A program made the translations under genes and the position numbers. From Mobula hypostoma (taxonomy: Eukaryota), in contig NC_086120.1 in assembly GCF_963921235.1 (NCBI RefSeq), positions 38,812,001 through 38,876,000 of the forward strand: DNA of 64,000 bases, read 5' to 3'. Below, piece after piece: positions 12,471 to 22,884 of this stretch (its first letter is position 1; each line of letters opens with the position of its first letter). The notes under the pieces were generated by a model that saw only the letters and a program-made list of their open reading frames with translations, was not told the DNA's origin and ran no database searches.

Positions 12471-13327
12471 GTAAGTAAAAGATTCCAAGAGTTAAGATTG
12501 TTTAATGTTATTTCCTGTACGTTTCTTGTGTCTTGTGTTTGTAAAGTACTGTAACCCTGACGGGAAATGATAAAGTAGTGGTGGTGGGGCGAGGGGGGAT
12601 GGTGTTGTGGGGTAGGTTAGTGGGTGGAGGTGTGGATTAGCCTTACTCCTTGCAGAAAGTAACTGATTTTCAGTCTGGTGGCCCTGGTGTGGATGCTACA
12701 TAGCCTCTTCCTTGATGGGAGTGAAACGAACAGTCCATATGAAGAAAGGTGGCATCCTTTTTGATGTTACTGGCCTTTTTCCAGCACCATTCTCTATATA
12801 CTGTATGTCCTTGATGGTGGGTAGGCGGGTACTAGTGATGCATTGGGTAGTTTTGACTACCTGTTGTAGAGCCAGCTTGTCTGCCGTTTCCAAACCAAGT
12901 GATGCAGCATTTTGGGATGCTCCGTACGGTGCACCTGTAGAACAGTCCTCCTCTTCAGCCTCCTCTGAAAGTAAAGCTGTCAAATATGTTTGAGCTGAGG
13001 AAGATGGTCTCAGCTTAAACACATGAGAAAATATGACCAGTTTTGTAAAATAAATTAAATTTTTTTGCATCTGGAGGTGTTGGTTTATACATCTGTGTGC
13101 TTTGCATTCATTGACTTATATTTAAAATGGATGCAAAGTGTATGAGACCATAAGATTTAGAGCAGAATGAGGCCAATCAGCCCATTGAGCATATCCTGTC
13201 ATTCAATAATGATGATTTTATTAATGCCTTTCTCCCCATGACTCTTAGTCCCCTTACCAATCAAAACCTATCAAGCTCTTGACTGACTGACCACAGATCC
13301 ATTAAGATCTAATATTATTTTTAAAGA

Positions 13328-13632
13328 TTAGGGAACAGCTTCTTTCCAACTGTGATAAGACTGCTGAACGGATCCCGACCCGGATCTGGGTCGTACCCTC
13401 CAAATATCCGGACCTGCCTCTCGGTTTTTTTTTTTTGCACTACCTACTTTCCATTTTTCTATTTTCTATTTATGATATATAATTTAATTTTAAAATATTT
13501 ACTAATTTTTTAATATTTTTAATATTTAATATTTGTAATCCAGGGAGTGGGAAGCGCAGAATCGAATATCACTGTGATGATTGTACGTTCTAGTACCAAC
13601 TGTTTGGCGACTATAAAGTATAAAGTATAAAG
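13328..13632 (+). mobile_element. Rex1-like LINE 3' end, young family
   Basis: Closely similar to 5800-6110; tail ataaagtataaagtataaag. Confidence 0.65.
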
Positions 13633-13759
13633 GAATTTAAACTTGTAACTTGATTTCTTTAGAATCCCCCATAACATGAACCACCAAGTTTTTGGGACTT
13701 CAACATCTCTTTGTGTTCAAGTATTTTCCATTCAGAAGGCAACAGTGTTTAAATGATAT

Positions 13760-14540
13760 GTTCTTCTTTTCTCTCTCCTCCTTATCCAACTAGCCCCCAT
13801 CACCTTCCCACTTTGCTCTCCCCTACCCCCTCCATCTGCCTGTCACCCGCACACTCTTCCCACTTCCTAACTCTTTCTCCTCATTCATGCTCTACCCTCA
13901 TCTACTATCAAATTCCATTATTTTCAGCTGTTTGCCATGCCCAGATATTGTCTCCCAGCTTCAGGCACCATTCCTACTCTCCCTATCTCTCATCTGCCTA
14001 TCACCCCTCTCACTGGATCCTCCAATCGCCTGCCAGCTCTTGCAACACCCCTTTCCTCCATTTTTATTCCTGCTGTCTTCCTCCCGTCTTTCAGTCATGA
14101 ATGAAAACATTGACCATAAGATATAGGAACAGAATTAGGCCATTTGGCCCATTGAGTCTACTCCACCATTCCATCATGGTTGACTTATTATCCTTCTCAA
14201 CTCCATTCTCCTGCCTTCTCCCCAATTTCTTTTATGAGCTTACTAATCAGGAACTATAAACCTTCACTTTAAGTATATCCAATTACTTGACCTCCATAGC
14301 CATCTGTGGCAATGAATTCCACAGATTCACCACCCTCTGGCTAAAGAAATTACTCCTCATCTATATTCTAAAGGGATGTCCTTGTACTCTGAGGCCTTGG
14401 CCTCTGGTCCTAGACTCTTCCATTATAGGAAACGTCCTCTCTACATCCACTCTACTGCGAATTTCCCTCTACAGATGCTGTCTGACTTGCTGAGTTTCTC
14501 TAGCTCTTTGTTTCTTGCATCTGCAGTCTCTTGTGTCTCT
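13760..14540 (+). mobile_element. PLE 3' region interrupted by an antisense CR1 3' end (~14110-14455)
   Basis: Pyrimidine-rich tract, truncated TCAGTC.TGA motif and family tail GATGCTG.CTGAC.TGCTGAGTT resuming at ~14470. Confidence 0.55.
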
Positions 14541-14570
14541 CTTGTTTGAAGATTATCTTTTTGTTTGCAG

Positions 14571-14644
14571 CCTCTGAAGAAGGAATGAAGCAGAAAGGAT
14601 ACAATCAAGAAAACACGGTGTTTTCAAAACTCCTCGGATGGTAG
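14571..14644 (+). CDS. FSTL3: FSTL3 terminal coding exon 5 (C-terminal tail)
   Basis: tctttttgtttgcAG acceptor at 14569-14570; phase-1 reading gives SSEEGMKQKGYNQENTVFSKLLGW then TAG at 14642-14644; no third FS-domain exon is seen between exons 4 and 5, matching FSTL3 rather than FST architecture. Confidence 0.8.
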
Positions 14645-14992
14645 TTCATAAGCGAATGAAGATATTATTAGCAGAGAAGAAAAAGACATTGGGTAAAAAT
14701 TCCTCTGGTTCGTAAGGTAGTCCCTTTGCTACCTGAGTGTGAACACATGGTCAGAAACAAAACAACCATTCACTTCTTCCCACCGATTATGTGTCTGATT
14801 TGTTGGTGCATGCATTCACAGACCTAGGGCTTGTGAGTTTTTATTTCCATTCCAACATCTCAGTAATTAAAATAGCTTCAGGTTGGACATCACGTTTGCA
14901 TTCTTATAATGCTGTAAGCAGAGCCAAAAGAATCACACAGGACCTGGAAAGAAAGAGTATTACAGTGAACTGCTCTACATTAAAGTCTAGAG

Positions 14993-15069
14993 CAGGAGTT
15001 CCCAACAGTTTTGAGCCATCGACCAATACCATAAGCAAGGGGTCTGTGGACTCCAGTTGGGAGATCCTG
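14993..15069. mobile_element. hAT-Charlie-type MITE
   Basis: CAGGAGTTCCCAAC...GTTGGGAGATCCTG TIRs; flanks gtctagag / gtctatcg. Confidence 0.65.
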
Positions 15070-15494
15070 GTCTATCGTGACATGGATGGAAGTGTTAGAG
15101 TCATCCACTTGTACAGCACAAATCTACGATTCTAATACATGTATTCGCATCAATGTCACACTAGGCATTGAGGATGGGTGTAGATGGGCAAAAAAGGTCA
15201 AGTATGGATTCTTCAGCCCATCATGTCTATACTGAGCATTTTGCCCATCCACATCCATCCAACTTGCCTACATACATTCAAACCACTCTGGCCTTTTACC
15301 TCTTCTCACTTGCCTATCACTTCCCTCTGGATCCCCTCCTCCTTTCCTTGCTCCCATGGTCCATCTCCTTTCCTATCAGATTCCTTCTTCTCCAGCCCCT
15401 TACCTTTCCTACACACCTAGCTTCACCTATCACCTTCCAGTGAGCCTCCTTCCCCTCCCTACCTTTTTATTCTGGTGTCTTCCTCCTTCACTCT

Positions 15495-15532
15495 CAGTCC
15501 TGAAGAAGGGTTTTGGCCTGAAATATCAACTG
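15495..15532 (+). ncRNA. Minimal type I hammerhead ribozyme motif (PLE-derived)
   Basis: CAGTC-CTGAAGA-AGGGTTTTGGCCT-GAAAT-ATC-AACTG: core CUGANGA, GAAA and NUH intact; one stem I mismatch; lies within PLE fragment ~15290-15595. Confidence 0.6.
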
Positions 15533-15792
15533 TTTATTCATTTCCATTGATGCTGCCCGACCTGCAGAGTTCCTCCAGCATTTCGTGTGTGTTACATAAG
15601 GAGCATATCTGTTTATACCTTGCGAGCAACACACAAAATGCTGGAAAAATTCAACGAGTCAGCCAGCATCCATGGAGGGAAATGGACAGTCTACGTTTTC
15701 AGCTACTAAGTTCTTCAAGCTTTTTGTGTGTTTCTGCAGATTGCAGCATTTGCAGCTTCCTGTGACACCTTTTTTACACCTTTCCTATATAG

Positions 15793-16178
15793 TCATTATC
15801 ATCATTATTATGTGCCACGTCATATAACATGGGCGATCATAGTTTATCTTTGACCATGATTATTCTTGGCAAAATTTTCTACAGAAGTGAGTTGCCATTG
15901 CCTTCTTCTGGGCAGTGTCTTTACAAGACCGGTGACCCCAGTCATTATCAATACTCCTCAAAGATTGTCTGCGTGGCGTCCATGATTGCATCACCGGGAC
16001 TTGTGATATGCACCAACTACTCATATGACTATCCACTACTTGGACACATGGCTTCGTGTGGCCCTGATTGGGGGGGCTAAGCAGGTGCTATACCTTTCTC
16101 AAGGGGACCTGCTGGATAGCAGAGGGAAAGAGCACCTTACACTTCCTTTGGTAGAGACTTATCTCCACCCTGGCACCC
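15793..16178 (-). mobile_element. Non-autonomous RTE/BovB-related retroposon with structured 5' end
   Basis: BovB-like tail AGAAGGCAATGGCAACTCACTTC and (ATA/ATG)n end; second copy at 45610-45700 plus 46429-46682. Confidence 0.6.
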
Positions 16179-17705
16179 ATCCTTTGTCTGTCTAAATACC
16201 CCTTAATAAGCCATTTCTCTTACCTCCAGCACCTCCTGGGACAGCACTCTTTGCAAGTGACTCCCTCATCTGGGAAGAGCAAGGGAGGATACCCAAGGGG
16301 ATTAGAGAGCATGAGAAGCAGGCCACCAAAACCTTTTATGGCAATGTGATACTGCAAACAAAACCAAATACCTGTACCTTTTGAATGTTGTTAACAATGA
16401 CTGGAGCCATTTCATAGAATCAGGCCCAAAAAGAAGTGCAATAGGGAATTAAAGTGTACAAGATAACAATAGGCATAGATTAAGATTTTTTTCCTAGGGC
16501 AAAAATGGCTAAAACAAGTGAGCATAATTTTAAGGTGATTGGAGGAAAATGTCGGAGATAAGCTTTTTATACAGAGTGGTAGGTGTGTAGAATGCTCTGC
16601 CAGGGGTGGTGGGAGAGGCAGATACATTAGGGACATTTAAGAGACTCTAGGATAGGCAGATAGTTGATAGAATAATGGAAGCTATATAGGAGAGAATGTT
16701 TAGATTGATCGTAGAGCAGGTTAAAAGGTTGGCACAACATCATGGGCTGAAGAGCACATAGTGTGCTGTAATGCAATTCTCTTCGGTTACAATTCAAAAC
16801 TAAATTAATAAAGTCATCAACAAGTTGTTTATATATCAATTCATCTGAATCCTCATTTCAGCACCAGAACCTGATGCATTTTTACCGAATGTGTGGCATC
16901 AGCAAGCACACAGTTCCACTGGCTGTTCACATTCCAACCATTTGTGCACCTGGATCAAATAATATTGTGTTAACAGCATGTTCAAATGGCAAAGATAAGA
17001 CAATCATTCTAAGGAATACAGGAACTGTCTTCAGTGTATGAGGAGCGAGAGAGAAAACTGATGATTTCTGCCATGATCTCATTTACAAAGCAGATTTGAG
17101 CTCTAAAGGGTTCTAGGGTCCATGCTGCTTCTATACCGTACATTATTGTGGATAGTCTTTGTGAATAACATTGTATGTCTTTTGTATTTGCTCTATTCTT
17201 CTGCCTAGAGCTGCTGCCCTACTGTAGCCTTTAACTATCTGTAATAATTTCCAGAACTTCTCCCGTGACTGGATGTCACAGTCTTCCTTTTCCCTGTGGG
17301 AATGCTACGCATTGCATACTGCACATTTGGAAAACCTCACTATGCTCTATTGACACCTATTAAGTGCCTATTTAGATCATTTAATGACTCAGGAACATTT
17401 TTTTCAAGTTTCCTCTGATAAGACTCACATGAAGAGATATTACAAAAGTCAGTAAGGTTCTTTCCTGAAAATTCATTATGTTCTCAGAGCAGCAAGAGGA
17501 ATTTCAACCCTGCAATGTTTATATTGTACATACTAATACCATATATTTATTGTAAGAAAAGCAGCGAAGAAATACTCCATTTTATTTATACATTATTATA
17601 AATGTTTTTATCAGATGTTTGTCATTACCATCTGATGTAATTATAATTATTTCTCACAAAATTTGCTATTTTTTGATCACATTTTCAACTGTATAAATGG
17701 AATTA

Positions 17706-18430
17706 CAGTGGATTCCGGTTAATTGGGACACATATATTTTGGCCCAGTTAAGCGGCTGCCCCAATTGGCCAAAGTTTCATGGAAGCAGTTAAAAAGATAT
17801 AAAGTAGGTAAACTACCATTTAACTAAGTAACAGATTATGTACTTAAATGAAATACAGAACAAATTAGAACACTACCAATACTACTACAGTACCATAAAA
17901 AGGTGCATTAGTTTGTAACAGTAATCAATGGAGGAATTCACCCAGTGTATGCTGCCGTGTTCTTTACATTGACTGTAAATGAACAAAATCAACGCGGACA
18001 CCGAGGGTCACAAACACTAGGGATTGCCCTGCAGACACCTAGGGTAATTTTTTTCGGCTAGTGTCAAAACTTTTCATGGCATTTGGTAAGGGTCTGAAAA
18101 CTTCTAAATACAAAATTTTAAAAAAATCAAAAAATCACTGCTTTTTAAATTGGCATCTGTTGACTCAAATGGTCAACATAACACAAGCACACACATGCAT
18201 TTTACACTGTTTAAAAACTGTTCACTCTTAACATGTCTACAGAAGCGGACACAACTGACGCTAGTTAGAAACTGTTCAGCAACAGTCTCCTGCCCCAATT
18301 CAGTGGCATGGTGGCCCAAATAAACAAAAGGAATCCCAACTATTTTCTCGGTTAATTTTTGTTCTTTAAGACTTGCCCCAAATAAGCGGCTGCCCCAATT
18401 AACCAAAAGTCCAATAAAGTGAATCCACTG
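17706..18430. mobile_element. Tc1/mariner (pogo/Tigger-like) non-autonomous DNA transposon
   Basis: TA-CAGTGGATTC...GAATCCACTG-TA; repeated subterminal AAGCGGCTGCCCCAATT. Confidence 0.8.
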
Positions 18431-18939
18431 TAGTTTGCATCTTGCCACACTGTGTTAAGCTGTTTGAATCCTACAACTATCTTCATTTGGAATATATTAT
18501 CAGTCATGTAAGATGAAAGATGTACATAGTTAATAACACATTTGGGGATAAGACTACATTGTTTGGTATTAGCAACAAGGATTGGTTGGAAATTTGTCTC
18601 TTGAACTGATCAATTAAAATAATGACCATTAGGAGATCCCATGAATGTCTTTGTTGCTCATAACACACAATGCTTTATCCCCCATTTTATAGCAAACTTC
18701 TGCATCTCAATTACATGCTTGCTGTTATATTGAATTGATATTCTCATGTAATACTAGTTTTGTAGAAAATAAATTGATTTATGAAAGTTGCTGTTTGAAA
18801 ATTTATTTCCACATGTTAATCATTATCAGAATGAAGCCATGGTGTCTACTGTCAAGGACCCATCTGAATTTAGTTTGAGTACTAATCTAACAGATTAAGC
18901 TAAATAAAATACTGCTAGAGGTTTAGTTCAAGATTATTG

Positions 18940-19220
18940 GGGTGGCATCGTGGTTAGCACAATGCTTTTCAGTACCAGTAACCAGGGTTCAAATACCACC
19001 GCTACCTGTAAGGAGTTTGTACGTTCTCCCTGTGAATGCGTGGGTTTCCTCCGGGTGCTCTGATTTCCTCCCACAGTCCAAAGACGTACCAGTTGGTAGG
19101 TTAATCGGTCATTGTAAATTGTCCAGTGATTAGGCTGGGATTAAATGGGGGGATTGCTGGGTGGTGTGGCTCAAAGGGCTGGGAGGGTCTGTTCCATGCC
19201 ATATCCCAATAAATAAACAA
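18940..19220 (+). mobile_element. HE1-like V-SINE
   Basis: GTGGTTAGCAC...GGTTCAAATACC head; GCGTGGGTTTCCTCCGGGTGCTC V-domain; AATAAATAAA tail. Confidence 0.8.
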
Positions 19221-19685
19221 ATTATAAATGCAGTCACTTTATTAAATCTCCAAGCATCGGTAATGAAGGCTCTCCCACAGAAATAATTTAAGAGAAATGC
19301 ACCAATGTAAAAAATGTTTTGATGTACAATGGGAATTTTACAAGTCAATGGTTCACAATCATCCAGCAGGGAATGAAATGTGGTATCTTTGTGACTCCAG
19401 ACCCACTACTGCATGGTACATTCTTGAATACCCTCTGAATATCTCAGCGAGATACTCAGTTGCATCACTACAGGGTCTGCAGTGGTTCAAGGAGACAGTC
19501 TCCACTTCAGCAAAGGCAACTGGAGTATGTGCATTCCGTGAATGAATAAATATGTATCTATTGGAATGTAACGATCATTGCAAATTTATATCTTCAACTG
19601 TTTTTAACCTTTTTGTTGGACTTCTAATTATGAATCATGATGATGTATCCAATTAAAAAACTTAAAAATATTAGTAATAAATATA

Positions 19686-20237
19686 TAGTATTGTGCAAAA
19701 GTATTAGATATATATATATCTAAGACTTTTTCACAGTACTGTGTTTGTCAACATGGAGCAGAAAACAAGTCTGTAAATCTGGCAGAGCAAAGGATGTTGG
19801 GAATGGCGAGGGTGGAATGCCACGGGAGGGGTGTGGGACAGGCGGCAGTGCCAGGGGTTGGGGTAGCATGGATGCAGACACACCCAGCCCTGAGACACCA
19901 GGCAAGATCATTTGATTCCAAACAATTGGTTTATTGATCATTACAGAATGTCTTTCTGGTGCTTCTCCCTTCCCCCTTTTCCCAACCATGATACTCCTCT
20001 CCCTGCCCCCTTCCCACTCTCAGTCCACAATAGATACCCAGATCAGAATCATGTTTATCATCACTCACATATGTCATGAAATTTGATTTTTCTTTTGGCA
20101 ACTGTGCAGTGCAATGCATAAAATTACTACAGTACTCTGCAAAATTTTTAGACACCTTAGCTATATATATATATACACACACACACATACATACATACAT
20201 ATATACAGTATGTGCCTAAGAATTTTGAACAGTACTG
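19686..20237. mobile_element. Composite Tc1-like element with hairpin MITE ends (also 40612-41151; partial at 27458-27965)
   Basis: Each end is a small CAGTACTGTGCAAAAGT...ACTTTT.CACAGTACTG-like inverted repeat; interior shared with 40612-41151 in opposite orientation; TA flanks. Confidence 0.65.
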
Positions 20238-21264
20238 TAGTAGGTTATAATAAATGCAAATTATTACCACATGTACTAGACTCTGTAATACAGTCTGAGA
20301 GATTTTTTAAAATTAAAAAGAAATTGTGTGGCAATCATCATTGTGAAAATTTCCATGCGCTTCAAACTTTCCCATATTCTGAAACTCCCAGCATGAAATC
20401 TCACTCACAGGGAGCACACCATGCATCCTTTAATAGCTGCCAGTCAGCCAGACAATTTTGTGTGCATGAAATTATTGGCCACAGCAATAACTGCCCAGAG
20501 ATGACACATAGCAGAACAATGCATTGGAAACTTTATTCTGATATAATTGGCATCACTCGTAGGCTGAAGAGTTCCCATGATGAGACTAGTTTAGTAGTTA
20601 AATAGCTGGATTAGCAAGGTAACTGCACCATGGATCCTGTAACACAAGTTTAAATCCCACCATGCAACGGGCTAAATTTGGCTTTAAATGTACACTGGAG
20701 TGAAAGGAAATTTCAAAGTTCAAAATTCAAAGTAAATTTTATCATCAGCATATATGTCACCATGTTCTGTACATAGATTACCCTGAGATTCATTTTCTTG
20801 TGGGCATACTCAACAAATCAATAGAATTATAACTACAACAGAATCAATGAAAGACTTCCCAACTAGGGCATTCAACCAGAGTGCAGAAGACAACAAACTG
20901 CAAATAAAAAAAGGAAGAAACAATAATAATTAATAAATAAGCAATAAATATTGAGAACATGAGATGAAGTTTCCACATTGGTTGTTGAAACATTTCAATG
21001 ATGGGACATACTTTAAGAATCATGGGAAACAAGCTTTAAGAATAAAAATACCCGATTGCCTTAAAATCATATCTGGTCAACCAAATCCTTCTACAAAAGG
21101 GAATCTGGTCACTTTAGCTGGCTCGGCTGATGTGTGACTGCAGTTTCATTAATACGGTTGTCTTTTATATTGTTTCCTCCGTTCAAGGGCAGCAAGGATA
21201 GACGGTAAATGTCAGCATAATGAATGATATCCAGATGTCATGAACAAGAAAAAATATACTCTAA

Positions 21265-21790
21265 TAACACTCACAAGATGCAGGAGGAACTCAGCAAGTC
21301 AGGCAACATCTATGGCAGGGAATGCACAGTCGAAGTTTTGGGCTGAGTTTTGGGGTGGCAGAAGGCAGAATAAGAAGGTTGGGGGAAAAGGTAGGTGAGA
21401 CTAGAAGAGGGGGAGGTGGGTGAAGGAGAATAATGTGAGAAACTGAGAGGTGACAGATGAAAGAGGTAAAGGGTTGAAGAAGAAAGAATCTAACAGGAGA
21501 GAATTGTGGACAATGGAAGAGAGGAAAGGAGGAGGGGAATGAAAGGAAGGTGATGGGCAGGTGAGGAAAAGATAAAGGGAAGTGGGTAACCAGAACGGAA
21601 TTGAAAAATAGAAAAGGAGGGAGGGTAGAGAAATTGTCAGAAGTTAGAGAAATCGATGTTTGTGCCTTCAGTTTGGAGATTACCCAGATGAAATATGAGC
21701 TGGTCCTCCTCCAACTTGTTTGGCCTCATAATGGCAGCAGAAGAGACCATGGACTGACATGTCAGAAACGGACTGGGAAGTCAAACTGAA
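21265..21790 (-). mobile_element. PLE 3' fragment
   Basis: Family tail (GGAGGAACTCAGCAAGTCAGGCAACATC), purine-rich tract on + strand and endonuclease C-terminal remnant on - strand. Confidence 0.6.
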
Positions 21791-22884
21791 GCTGATTTTT
21801 TAAAAAATGACAGAAAAGTTAGATTAGAAAATAAAATTGCTTTTCAACAAATCATGCGTGAAAGGCAATTACAATAGATTTTGAAATGTTTGTGTTTAAG
21901 GATGTGGTGAGATCACGCCATATATGCTCAGGAGTATTTGCTCCCTACTGCCCCTCATCTTCATAGCAGTCCAAGTGCTGCTATAGAGACAATACTTTAA
22001 CAGCACTGTCCGCCCTCCAAGTTCTCTACTCACGAGTGACAACAGCCTGTTTACCCCCATTTTCCTGTAGCCACACTCTACAGATTGTTCTAATACAATT
22101 ATTAAACTGGCATTGTTCCTCCTACATTGAAGATTTCCCACATCAGGGATACACAATTTCTGGATCGTCATCCAGGGAACACTTTTTTGAATCTCACCAT
22201 GCAGCTGGTCAAGTGTGGCTAAGATTTAAGATTTTTAGGATTAGCTTTATGTGTCACATGCACATTCAAACACGCAGTCAAATGCTTCATTTACGTCAAT
22301 GACCAACATAGTCTGAAAATGCTCTGGGACAGCCCGCAGGTGTCGCTGTGCTTCTGGCGCCTACAATTTACTCATCCTAATGAGAGAGGAATGAAGGATT
22401 AATCCAGGGCACCCAGAGGAACGTGGCTCCATCTATAGGGATTGATATTGGTATTAGTATTGTTTTATTATTGGTACATGTAACAAGATACAGTGAAAAG
22501 CTTGATGTGCATTCCATTTATACAAATCACTGGGGCAGTACAAGATAAAACAATGAAGTGTAAAATCTACAGAGAAAGTGCATTGCAGGGTAACAATAAA
22601 GTGCAAGGTTGTAATCAGATAGGTTGTGAGATCAAGGATCCATCTTATCATATAAAAGGTCCATTCAAGAGTCTGATATCAGTGGGATAAAAGTTGTCCT
22701 CGAGCCTGGTGGCAGGTGCTTTCAGGCTTTTGTATCTTCTGACAATGGAAGAGGAAAGAAGAGAGAATATTGGAGGTTGGTGGGTCTTTGATTAGCTGGC
22801 TGCTTTACTGAGACAGTGCTGAGTAATAGTGGCAATTTAAAGAAAGGATGCTCCAATGTTACGATTTTGTTATGACCTTGTCAA

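Noticed and set aside
12471-12478. Intron read-through stop giving a tail-less FST288-like isoform (CNCK-stop)
   Set aside because: Stops just after GTAAGT donors are common (the same occurs after exon 2); no independent evidence.
1422-14644. Calling the gene follistatin (FST)
   Set aside because: Only two FS domains precede the terminal exon, no third Cys-rich exon was found, and GVCWLQQG, SAHCV and LCGNN are FSTL3-type motifs.
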